Shown one piece after another: positions 17,819 through 25,252 of a stretch of 36,832 nucleotides of DNA. The position numbers were made by a program, and so were the translations under genes. Each line of letters starts with the position of its first letter. Within the stretch, counting starts at the first letter, position 1. Location of the stretch: positions 1 to 36,832 of IMG/VR virus record IMGVR_UViG_3300020045_005151. One strand, written 5' to 3'. The notes below the pieces were generated by a model that was given only the letters and a program-made list of their open reading frames with translations, was not told where the DNA came from and ran no database searches. Source of the stretch: a virus.

Positions 17819-17980
17819 AATATTGTTTCTCTGACACCGATAGTAAGAGAAAAGCCATTGGGTTCGGTAAACCACGAATGGAGCGTCATTCTACTTAAAG
17901 AATGTGTGATTACGAAAAAGAGATGGAGTATTCCAAAGTCTAAAATCATAATTTAACCACTTCTAACGAGGTGGTTTTTT
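17819..17980 (+). ncRNA. candidate structured small RNA (about 160 nt) with no credible ORF
   Basis: Bounded by a TAnnTTTG box and a terminator. Hairpins: TTTCTCT/AGAGAAA, CCATT..GGTT-AACC..AATGG and CATTCT/AGAATG. The longest ATG ORFs are 6 and 13 codons. Confidence 0.4.
17955..17980 (+). terminator. intrinsic terminator
   Basis: AACCAC (17955-17960) / GTGGTT (17971-17976) plus inner pairs, followed by a T-run. Confidence 0.7.
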
Positions 17981-17997
17981 ATTTGTTTTCGTTAGGG

Positions 17998-18022
17998 TAT
18001 AATTTAGAATCGTTATAAATTA
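17998..18022. repeat. 25-bp partially palindromic repeat, copy B (TATAATTTAGAAtcgTTATAAATTA)
   Basis: 22/25 identical to 17621-17645. Lies just upstream of the early promoter at 18035-18063. Confidence 0.6.
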
Positions 18023-18034
18023 CTTTTCGATATA

Positions 18035-18063
18035 TTGTATATCAAAAATAAATATTATATTTG
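18035..18063 (+). promoter_or_regulatory. Bacteroidota-type promoter TTG-N18-TATATTTG
   Basis: TTG at 18035-18037 and TATATTTG at 18056-18063. The first early ORF starts at 18095. Confidence 0.55.
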
Positions 18064-18094
18064 CGTATAATTAATCACTAAAAATATAGAAATT

Positions 18095-18274
18095 ATGATT
18101 GAGTACAAATATTACATTGACGTTCTTAATAATGTAGTAAGAACAGTTCCAGTTACAAAAGGTTTGGGAGAAACTCATTTGGGTTTTCAAAGATTCAGTT
18201 ATGAAACTAAATCTTTCGATTGGTCTGAAGCAATCGATTTGCAAGGCTATCAAGAAACAAATGACCCTCGTTAA
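18095..18274 (+). CDS. hypothetical early protein (59 aa)
   Basis: 60 codons hand-verified (MIEYKYYIDVLNNVVRTVPVTKGLGETHLGF...). Preferred over the antisense track ORF 18071-18253 because of strand consistency and the promoter. Confidence 0.5.
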   Translation: MIEYKYYIDVLNNVVRTVPVTKGLGETHLGFQRFSYETKSFDWSEAIDLQGYQETNDPR

Positions 18275-18277
18275 AAT

Positions 18278-18439
18278 ATGAAAAACTTAGGCAGACCAAA
18301 AGACACGTCTATTAAAATACGTGTTGCAATCGATAACAAACAACATTCCTCAATTAACTTTTCAATAAGGTTAAAAGACGGAATTACAAAACAAGAAGCG
18401 AGTAAACAAATTGTTGAATTTTTAAAAGAGAAGTTATGA
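18278..18439 (+). CDS. small DNA-binding protein candidate, ribbon-helix-helix-like (53 aa)
   Basis: MKNLGRPKDTSIKIRVAIDNKQ...: an N-terminal GRPK arm followed by a beta-strand-like IKIRVAI, as in CopG/Arc/MobC-type proteins. ATGA overlap with the next gene. Confidence 0.4.
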   Translation: MKNLGRPKDTSIKIRVAIDNKQHSSINFSIRLKDGITKQEASKQIVEFLKEKL

Positions 18440-19194
18440 AACTAAACGGAAAAGCATTAGAAAGTTTTTTAGACTATTTAAGAAACAATAAAAAAGCATC
18501 AATAGAAATAGGCGTGTTAAGATTACATTGGCAAGAATACCCTAAATGCTACTTAAACGCTCTAATAATCGAGTGGTTTTCAACTTTAGAATTAGAGGGT
18601 AAAAACTTTTATAATAAAGTATTTGATTTTTACTATCAACAAAGATTAGATAGTATGACCATTAATGACATACACAAACAAGCAATAGAGAAAGCTAATT
18701 TAATAGTTATGAGTAACCTAATAGAAATACTACCGAATATTTACGGAGTGAAAGTGCCTAAATACTACATTCAAGGTCAAGTACAAAAATGGTATAATGA
18801 GTATTTTTTAAAATACGCATATAAAAATGAAAAATTTGATACGTTTTCAGATGAAATTCGTTTAGGAGAAAATAATTTCAAAATTCTCGGAACACTAACC
18901 AAAGACGAAATCAGTTTTGATGCTTCGGAGGTTGTTGATAGTGCTGAAATTGATATTGAGCAATACGATGGAATTTTAGTTGCAACTCCAAGATTTTGGG
19001 ATTATGAGTTTAAATCCTTTGATTGTTCAAGTAGCAACGAATCATTCCGTTCAGCATTACCCGAAGAAATTTATTTTGAGAATCCTTTAGGAGAAAGAAA
19101 TCCAATGAATCAGTGGGTTGGAGAAATATCACACGAGAGTATCAAATGGCAAACCGCCCAAGAAAACATTACACAAAAACTTTTAATATTATAG
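18436..19194 (+). CDS. hypothetical protein (252 aa)
   Basis: ORF track. No motif recognised. Confidence 0.6.
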   Translation: MKLNGKALESFLDYLRNNKKASIEIGVLRLHWQEYPKCYLNALIIEWFSTLELEGKNFYNKVFDFYYQQRLDSMTINDIHKQAIEKANLIVMSNLIEILPNIYGVKVPKYYIQGQVQKWYNEYFLKYAYKNEKFDTFSDEIRLGENNFKILGTLTKDEISFDASEVVDSAEIDIEQYDGILVATPRFWDYEFKSFDCSSSNESFRSALPEEIYFENPLGERNPMNQWVGEISHESIKWQTAQENITQKLLIL

Positions 19195-19199
19195 AAACT

Positions 19200-19751
19200 A
19201 TGAAAGCAAATAAACACGAAATAAACGGATATATTTATGTTACGAGTGAGGATGAAATCCTAATCCCACAAGAAACTGAAAAAGAACTTGTACTTTGTGG
19301 TGAAGCGGATAAATTTTATCGATGTGTAAATTGTGATTCTCCTTGCGGAATTGAGGGACATTATATTAAAAAAGAACAACTACAAGAAACAGACGAAAAA
19401 GGAAATCCTTTGACTTTTTGGGAAGGAGAAGAACAACCAAAAGAAAGTATTGAGGTGATTGCTTTAAAGTATGCAGAAGCTAATCAATATGATTTAGAGT
19501 ACTACGACGAGGGTGGTTTTCAAGGAATAGAAGTGAAATCATTTGCTGAAAAATTAGTAGATTTCTTTAACAACCACGCAAAACAAACAATGTGTTCAGA
19601 AGATGAAATTAAGCCATTATTATCTTTTCTAAGAGAAATAAAAGATAATTGGGATTGTGACGAAGACGCACATAGATATAATACTACTTGTAGATGTTGT
19701 AATGCTGAAAAAACACTTAACGAATGGTTCAACAAACATAAAAAACAATAA
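19200..19751 (+). CDS. Cys-rich (zinc-binding?) hypothetical protein (183 aa from ATG 19200)
   Basis: Frame of track ORF 19113-19751. ATG 19200 is the first start after the upstream stop. Motifs CGEADKFYRCVNCDSPCGIEGH and CDEDAHRYNTTCRCC. Confidence 0.55.
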   Translation: MKANKHEINGYIYVTSEDEILIPQETEKELVLCGEADKFYRCVNCDSPCGIEGHYIKKEQLQETDEKGNPLTFWEGEEQPKESIEVIALKYAEANQYDLEYYDEGGFQGIEVKSFAEKLVDFFNNHAKQTMCSEDEIKPLLSFLREIKDNWDCDEDAHRYNTTCRCCNAEKTLNEWFNKHKKQ

Positions 19752-19796
19752 CTATGGACAAATCAAACGAATTTATTAAAAATTAAAATATAGAAT

Positions 19797-20003
19797 ATGA
19801 AAAATAAAAATATATTATTAAGGTTATTAGTATCTCCATTTATTTTAGGAATGATGATAATTACATATTTTTATGGAGCGATTAAAAGATGGTTATACTT
19901 TTTAAAGTATGGTGGCGAATTTATTAACTTTGATAAAGATAAAGATGAAAATATAACTATTCAAAAAATTTATGAACTTTTAAAACAACAATATGAAAAC
20001 TAA
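19797..20003 (+). CDS. small membrane protein (68 aa)
   Basis: ORF track. TM segment LLRLLVSPFILGMMIITYFYGAI. Confidence 0.5.
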   Translation: MKNKNILLRLLVSPFILGMMIITYFYGAIKRWLYFLKYGGEFINFDKDKDENITIQKIYELLKQQYEN

Positions 20004-20559
20004 ACTAATACTACTATCAACTATTTTACTATTTAGTTGTGGCGCTCGTAAAACTTCAAAATCAGAAACTACCGAAAAGGTAAAAACTGAAACTGAAATT
20101 GTCACAAAAGAAACTGAAACTAAACAATCAGAAACTAATACGAATGTTAAAGAAACTAAATCAACTACAATTGACAAAGAAAATAATATAGTTTCAGAAG
20201 TTACCGAAATAACTACTGACGATAAAACAAAACCTGCATCGGTTAAATTACCAAACGGACAAATAATTGATATTACTAACGCAAAATATAGAAACGAGAA
20301 AACAATCGATTTAAGCAAAGAAAATACTACTTTAAAGTTAGAATATAATAAAGCGGTTAATATAGCAGAAAGAGCCACAAAAATAGCTGAAACGTTATAT
20401 AAACAGAATAAAGAACTTTTAAATAAACTTCAAGATATAAATTCAGAAAGAAAACAATTCAACTACGGAGCTTTTATACTATCTTTTTGGTGGTTTTGGC
20501 TACTTATTATAGCAATGATTTATATCGGTTGGAAAAATAGAAAAACTTTATTTATGTAG
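19993..20559 (+). CDS. lipoprotein with C-terminal transmembrane anchor (188 aa); unimolecular-spanin-like or superinfection-exclusion candidate
   Basis: Signal/lipobox MKTKLILLSTILLFSC, T/E/K-rich low-complexity linker, coiled coil, then C-terminal TM segment FILSFWWFWLLIIAMIYIGW. Confidence 0.6.
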   Translation: MKTKLILLSTILLFSCGARKTSKSETTEKVKTETEIVTKETETKQSETNTNVKETKSTTIDKENNIVSEVTEITTDDKTKPASVKLPNGQIIDITNAKYRNEKTIDLSKENTTLKLEYNKAVNIAERATKIAETLYKQNKELLNKLQDINSERKQFNYGAFILSFWWFWLLIIAMIYIGWKNRKTLFM

Positions 20560-20562
20560 ATT

Positions 20563-20697
20563 ATGGAAAAATTGGAAAAACTATTAGGTAGAAAATTAAA
20601 AAATATGGAAAAAATGCTTTATGAAATGCAAAAAAATAAAAAAGATTATCATTTTGAAAAAGATAAAAATGGAAATTTAATATCTATAAAATCTTAA
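20563..20697 (+). CDS. small hypothetical protein (44 aa)
   Basis: Hand-translated MEKLEKLLGRKLKNMEKMLYEMQKNKKDYHFEKDKNGNLISIKS. Followed by a terminator. Confidence 0.3.
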   Translation: MEKLEKLLGRKLKNMEKMLYEMQKNKKDYHFEKDKNGNLISIKS

Positions 20698-20721
20698 CTA
20701 CAAACCCCCAACACAACAACT

Positions 20722-20748
20722 AAAACACTTCAATCGGAGTGTTTTTTT
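20722..20748 (+). terminator. intrinsic terminator
   Basis: AACACT (20724-20729) / AGTGTT (20738-20743), followed by T7. Confidence 0.65.
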
Positions 20749-20822
20749 ATTTAGAGTTAATATAAATAAAACATATTTTATAAAATAATTGTAAAAAAGT
20801 TTTTTTATTCAAATTGTCGTTG

Positions 20823-20830
20823 TATATTTG
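20823..20830 (+). promoter_or_regulatory. -7 box TATATTTG
   Basis: Exact TAnnTTTG, 41 nt upstream of ATG 20872. No well-spaced -33 TTG. Confidence 0.45.
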
Positions 20831-20871
20831 CCTTATCAAAATGAAACAATAATCTTAAAAAAACAAATATT

Positions 20872-21168
20872 ATGAAAACTACAAAAATAACATCGTTAGA
20901 AAAAAGAATTGAAAAATTAGTAGCTACAAAAGAATTGTCTAAAAACTCTTTAGTTTATGGTTGGGTAAATAATTTAAATTCAAATGAAATATTAAGACCA
21001 GTATTTTCGCAAGGTAGTACTTGGAAACATTCAAGTTTAGTTGACAAATCTTATGAATTAGAAACTATTTTAAGAAAATTAAATATAGAGTTTTCAAAAG
21101 GTAACGACGCTCCAAAAGGAGGTAAAACTGGATATTTTGTAAAAATAAATACTAAAATAATTAAATAA
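20872..21168 (+). CDS. hypothetical protein (98 aa)
   Basis: ORF track. Confidence 0.6.
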   Translation: MKTTKITSLEKRIEKLVATKELSKNSLVYGWVNNLNSNEILRPVFSQGSTWKHSSLVDKSYELETILRKLNIEFSKGNDAPKGGKTGYFVKINTKIIK

Positions 21169-21347
21169 TGGGAAGAAAAACACTACCACCTCACGAGAAA
21201 AAGCAACTCGTTAGGTTCTTCGCTAAAAAATCAACAATTGATTTAATAGGAGAAGAAAAAATTAAAACAGAATTTGAACAAAAAATCAACCAACTCCAAA
21301 AAGAAGCGTTACAAAAATGCGCTGATGAGAGTTTAAAAAGTAAGTAA
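21168..21347 (+). CDS. small DNA-binding protein candidate, ribbon-helix-helix-like (59 aa)
   Basis: 60 codons hand-verified, MGRKTLPPHEKKQLVRFFAKKSTIDLIGEE.... TAATG overlap with the upstream gene. Preferred over antisense ORF 21191-21460. Confidence 0.45.
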   Translation: MGRKTLPPHEKKQLVRFFAKKSTIDLIGEEKIKTEFEQKINQLQKEALQKCADESLKSK

Positions 21348-21348
21348 G

Positions 21349-21681
21349 ATGGGAAATAAATTAGGAATAACAGAGGACGAAGTTGTATTAAAAGAAACAA
21401 CAGGTAATAAATGGATTGATATAGTTTCTGTAAAAACTGATAAAGCAATAGCTGAAACAAAAAACTATAGTTATATAAAAGAGCCTTATATTATTTGTTT
21501 AAATAATGCAAATCTAATAGTTGATTCATTTAATACAACTAACAAATGCAATAAACTACCCTCACAACTATTGCAAGAACACGAAGAAATGAAAGCGATG
21601 TTAATATATTCTTTAGGATATGTATTACATATTGATTTAAGAGAAAATATTAAACAACTACTAACTAAAATAAATCAGTAA
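21349..21681 (+). CDS. hypothetical protein (110 aa)
   Basis: ORF track. Confidence 0.6.
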   Translation: MGNKLGITEDEVVLKETTGNKWIDIVSVKTDKAIAETKNYSYIKEPYIICLNNANLIVDSFNTTNKCNKLPSQLLQEHEEMKAMLIYSLGYVLHIDLRENIKQLLTKINQ

Positions 21682-21683
21682 TT

Positions 21684-21878
21684 ATGGAAACATTTAACAT
21701 TTATTACGAGGGTATCAATTACGAAGTTACTGGAGAGTATGAAGAAAGCGATGACGAAGTAGGATATAAAGGCGGTTGGACTACAATCGATGTATGTATC
21801 GATGGAAATACAATATTTAACCATTTGCAAGAGCGGGTTGTTGAAAAATTAGGAACGTTAGTATTAGAAAAAATTTAA
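21684..21878 (+). CDS. hypothetical protein (64 aa)
   Basis: ORF track. Confidence 0.5.
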   Translation: METFNIYYEGINYEVTGEYEESDDEVGYKGGWTTIDVCIDGNTIFNHLQERVVEKLGTLVLEKI

Positions 21879-21890
21879 ATAATAAAAATT

Positions 21891-22088
21891 ATGCCAACAA
21901 AAGTAATATTATTACAATTAGAAAATTTAGTAAATGAAGAAAGTCCTAATATGCTTTTTTTAGATACTTTACAAAACACTGAATTAAAAATTGAATTAAC
22001 TATAGATAATAAAACAATTATATCTTTTCCGTATGGTAATAAATATGATATAATTGATAATAAAATTATTATTCACGAAAAAATTTAA
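21891..22088 (+). CDS. hypothetical protein (65 aa)
   Basis: ORF track. Confidence 0.5.
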   Translation: MPTKVILLQLENLVNEESPNMLFLDTLQNTELKIELTIDNKTIISFPYGNKYDIIDNKIIIHEKI

Positions 22089-22090
22089 CT

Positions 22091-22210
22091 ATGATAACCG
22101 ACAACGGAATATTAGAGTTTATAAACAAGCCGACTATTAACCGAATTAGTTTAGTAAGTCCGATTTTAAAAAAAACAATTATTGAAATTTTAACAAATAA
22201 GAGATTATGA
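22091..22210 (+). CDS. small hypothetical protein (39 aa)
   Basis: 40 codons hand-verified. ATGA overlap with the next gene. Confidence 0.35.
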   Translation: MITDNGILEFINKPTINRISLVSPILKKTIIEILTNKRL

Positions 22211-22443
22211 AAGATAAATTAGTAAAATTAAGAAAAATTTTTATTGAAAGAGATTTAATGTTTATTTGTAATTGTATTTATTTTCTTGAACTTCCACCTA
22301 ATGAAATAGAAGAATTAAGAGGGTATTTAGAAAAACACAAGCCAAAAAGAATACCTTATAATAATGGTGGCGGATGGTTTAAATGTTACGACAAACAAGC
22401 TAGAATAAATTTTTTAGATAAATTAATAGATAATACTAACTAA
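22207..22443 (+). CDS. hypothetical protein (78 aa)
   Basis: ORF track. Confidence 0.55.
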   Translation: MKDKLVKLRKIFIERDLMFICNCIYFLELPPNEIEELRGYLEKHKPKRIPYNNGGGWFKCYDKQARINFLDKLIDNTN

Positions 22444-22445
22444 CT

Positions 22446-22619
22446 ATGGGTACATATTTATACACAATAGACAAAATGCCATCAACTGATTTAGAGAAGT
22501 TTCAAGCGTTAAGAATTGAAGCGTTAGAAAATGCTTTATTACAACACAAAGAGCTATTAAAAGAAATACAGATAGCTATGGAAAAATATGCAAACAACAT
22601 CGAAGTAATAGACTTTTAA
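22446..22619 (+). CDS. hypothetical protein (57 aa)
   Basis: 58 codons hand-verified (MGTYLYTIDKMPSTDLEKFQALRIEALENALLQHKELL...). Confidence 0.4.
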   Translation: MGTYLYTIDKMPSTDLEKFQALRIEALENALLQHKELLKEIQIAMEKYANNIEVIDF

Positions 22620-22632
22620 AAACTATAAAATT

Positions 22633-23487
22633 ATGAAAAACTATAAAAAAACAGAACATTTTGAGCCAATTGCAATGAAATGTAATAAAGAACAATTTAA
22701 TGAATTAAAACCGATATTGGATGAGTTTAAAATAAGTTTAGGCTATGTTGAATTTTTTAATACTTATCCTTATTTATTTAATCATTTTATTATAAAAGCA
22801 GATAAAACTATTGTTGTAACAAATAGATGTTTATCAAGCGTCACAAATGAAATCGTTTATAACGAGTTCAACGCTGAAATATTTTTAAAAGCGTGTGGAA
22901 TAGTTGAAGTAGAAAAAACCTACCAACTTTCAGAAACATTCGTTAAAGAACTTTGCAAAGAACCAAATATTTTAGAGGCGTTTGTTAGAGAGGGGATTAT
23001 TGAAGATGATAAGTTAGAAGTTGGGAAATGGTATAAATGGACTGAAAATGAAATATCTGTAAAGTTTAAAATTACAGAATTAGAAAAATATACTATCAGG
23101 GGATATGGATTCCGTGATGATATTTATATTGAAGAAAAAATATTTTATAGTGGCGTTAAAAACTATAATGATGCGGTTAGTAATTTAAAAGAAATGACAC
23201 CACAAGAAGTAGAAACTGCTTTAATTAATGAGGCTAAAAAGAGAGGGGTTGAAAAAGGAAAAATAAAACAAATAAAAGAATTATATCAGATAGAAACAAG
23301 TAAAGAATATTATTTAATTAAATTAGGTGTTTTATATTATAAAGGTATTCCTATTTTTTATAACGGAACTTGGGCTGAAATAATCAAACCAGAAACCTAC
23401 GTAAAAATCCCTCAATCATTAATCGACAATACACCAAATGATTTAGAGTTAGGTGGGTTAGTTAGAAACTTTAAAGAATATAAATAA
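22633..23487 (+). CDS. hypothetical protein (284 aa)
   Basis: ORF track. No motif recognised. Confidence 0.6.
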   Translation: MKNYKKTEHFEPIAMKCNKEQFNELKPILDEFKISLGYVEFFNTYPYLFNHFIIKADKTIVVTNRCLSSVTNEIVYNEFNAEIFLKACGIVEVEKTYQLSETFVKELCKEPNILEAFVREGIIEDDKLEVGKWYKWTENEISVKFKITELEKYTIRGYGFRDDIYIEEKIFYSGVKNYNDAVSNLKEMTPQEVETALINEAKKRGVEKGKIKQIKELYQIETSKEYYLIKLGVLYYKGIPIFYNGTWAEIIKPETYVKIPQSLIDNTPNDLELGGLVRNFKEYK

Positions 23488-23762
23488 TGGAAAAAACAAT
23501 TTATAATACATTTGTTCATATGGAAAGTCAAGAACAATGCGACAGAATGAAACAAATTTGTATTGATAATGGGTTGAAAATATGGGAGGACGCAATAGCT
23601 TTTTTATATGACTATAAAATAGGATATTCAAAAAAAACTATTAGTATTTTTTCTTATAGCGACATTGAATTTGCGGTTTGGGAAGAGTTAGAAAAATCAA
23701 GAGACTTTAATTTTAAAGTAACCGAGCAAGAATTTATTGAACTTTTAAAAACTACGAAATAA
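23487..23762 (+). CDS. hypothetical protein (91 aa)
   Basis: ORF track. Start overlaps the upstream stop. Confidence 0.55.
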   Translation: MEKTIYNTFVHMESQEQCDRMKQICIDNGLKIWEDAIAFLYDYKIGYSKKTISIFSYSDIEFAVWEELEKSRDFNFKVTEQEFIELLKTTK

Positions 23763-23956
23763 TGACACCAACAGACTACACATCGATATTAAGATACGAC
23801 AGAATGGTTTTAGATAGTAAAACATTCTCAGCAGAGAAAAAGTGGTCAATATCACAAGAGAGAAGTATTAGTTTAGGAGATAGGAAAAGACAATCTTACT
23901 TATCAGAAAAAACTAAACAAAAATTGTTACAGATTTTTAATAGGATAAATAATTAA
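23762..23956 (+). CDS. hypothetical protein (64 aa)
   Basis: ORF track. Confidence 0.5.
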   Translation: MTPTDYTSILRYDRMVLDSKTFSAEKKWSISQERSISLGDRKRQSYLSEKTKQKLLQIFNRINN

Positions 23957-23959
23957 GGT

Positions 23960-24223
23960 ATGACACAAAAAGAACTATCTGAGGAGTTAAATATTCCTAA
24001 AAGCACTATTAAAGATACTATTAGAAGAAATAATATTAAGGGTATTGTAATTGATAATATCGGTACTATTGATTATGCTGAAAATGAAGTGCAAATGTTG
24101 AAATATATTTTAAAAGATTGGAAACCAAGCACAGAAAAAAGAACTATTAGAAGCAGAAGCACTTTTATAAAATATTTCACAGAAGTATATCATATAATAC
24201 CAAGTAAAATGAATTATGAGTAA
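23960..24223 (+). CDS. helix-turn-helix DNA-binding protein (87 aa)
   Basis: MTQKELSEELNIPKSTIKDTIRRNNIKG is a classical HTH pattern (helix, turn at N-I-P-K-S-T, recognition helix). Confidence 0.55.
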   Translation: MTQKELSEELNIPKSTIKDTIRRNNIKGIVIDNIGTIDYAENEVQMLKYILKDWKPSTEKRTIRSRSTFIKYFTEVYHIIPSKMNYE

Positions 24224-24476
24224 TTTAGACAAAAAAAAGAACCGAGTTAATATGCATAAATTAGTATGTTTATCTAATTTATTAGTTGAAAATTTAGATG
24301 ATTTAAAAGTAACTACTGAAAAAATGTTAGGTTTAAAAACTACATTAACTGAATTTGTAGAAGAACTTAATAATAGTTTAGCAGATACTGAAACGATGCA
24401 AAAAACAACTTATTTCAATGATATATCTAATAAAATAGATACTATTCTACGAAAAAACTTTAATGAAAATTACTAA
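24216..24476 (+). CDS. hypothetical protein (86 aa)
   Basis: ORF track. Confidence 0.55.
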   Translation: MSNLDKKKNRVNMHKLVCLSNLLVENLDDLKVTTEKMLGLKTTLTEFVEELNNSLADTETMQKTTYFNDISNKIDTILRKNFNENY

Positions 24477-24479
24477 ACA

Positions 24480-24596
24480 ATGACTAAAGCATAAAAAACA
24501 CGTCTTTGGTATATTAAAAATAAAGAACGTAAAAAAGAGTATAATAAAATGTACTGGTTAAAATCAAAAATGAAAATAATATTTAAAGATGAGTAA
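24480..24596 (+). pseudogene. 38-codon reading frame interrupted by an in-frame TAA at codon 5 (24492-24494)
   Basis: ATG ACT AAA GCA TAA, then in the same frame KTRLWYIKNKERKKEYNKMYWLKSKMKIIFKDE and a stop. Confidence 0.25.
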
Positions 24597-24625
24597 TTTA
24601 GATTAATTCTTAATTCGTTTATTAT

Positions 24626-24730
24626 TATATTTACAAAACAAAACAAGTTCGGTCAGGGACTTTCACAAAATTAATAACGCCTCGTTTAATGCTTAATTCT
24701 GACCGATTAAGATTTTTAAATGAGGTTTTT
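24626..24730 (+). promoter_or_regulatory. TATATTTA box plus structured leader with terminator-like hairpin directly before ATG 24741
   Basis: Stem A TCGGTCAG (24649-24656) / CTGACCGA (24699-24706). Stem B CCTCGTTTA (24680-24688) / TAAATGAGG (24717-24725), followed by T5. Confidence 0.45.
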
Positions 24731-24740
24731 ATTTTAAATT

Positions 24741-25238
24741 ATGTCAAGAATCACAAAAGAAATCGCAAACGAAGTAGCAAGAAAATTAACTACTAAAAAA
24801 ACAGAAGAAATTCAAAAATTAGATTTACTAATACAAGAAACTTTAGAGTTATTTATTTTAAAAAGAGTTCCTAAAGATGTTATAGAATTTCAAAAAACAA
24901 ATCCTAAATTTACATATTCTACAAGTTCATTTAGACTTATAGGTAATGGTTTTAATCATAAGTATTTAAATACTAAAAATGACATTCCTTATAATGGAAA
25001 TAATATTTTTGAGCCTAAACCTGACGAAGCTAAAAAACTTCTCGAAATGATAAATAAAAAATCAGATTTAAAAAGTAATCTTAATAAGTTGTTTTCTGAA
25101 ATTGAAAACTTACTTTATAATTTAAGAACTTATAATAAAGTTATTATTGAATTCCCAGAAGTCGAGCCATTTTTACCTAAAACTATTTCTAATAAATTAA
25201 TGGTAAATGTAAATGATATTAGACAACAATTAAAGTAA
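24741..25238 (+). CDS. hypothetical protein (165 aa)
   Basis: ORF track. Confidence 0.6.
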   Translation: MSRITKEIANEVARKLTTKKTEEIQKLDLLIQETLELFILKRVPKDVIEFQKTNPKFTYSTSSFRLIGNGFNHKYLNTKNDIPYNGNNIFEPKPDEAKKLLEMINKKSDLKSNLNKLFSEIENLLYNLRTYNKVIIEFPEVEPFLPKTISNKLMVNVNDIRQQLK

Positions 25239-25252
25239 TTAACAATTTATCG

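Noticed and set aside
19980-20378. A 132-aa antisense ORF opposite the lipoprotein gene. It is the longest minus-strand ORF apart from 8552-8893.
   Set aside because: It mirrors the repetitive GAAACT/AAAACT (E-T-K) codons of the + strand gene, which read as S/V/F-rich codons without stops on the opposite strand. It has no independent expression signals. The + strand product has a coherent signal peptide, linker and TM architecture.
24480-24596. The in-frame TAA at codon 5 of a 38-codon frame, considered as possible stop-codon readthrough or recoding.
   Set aside because: All long ORFs in the genome terminate normally at TAA, TGA or TAG under the standard code, so genome-wide reassignment is excluded. 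The fragment is short and most simply a decayed gene remnant or non-coding. It is kept only as a low-confidence pseudogene feature.
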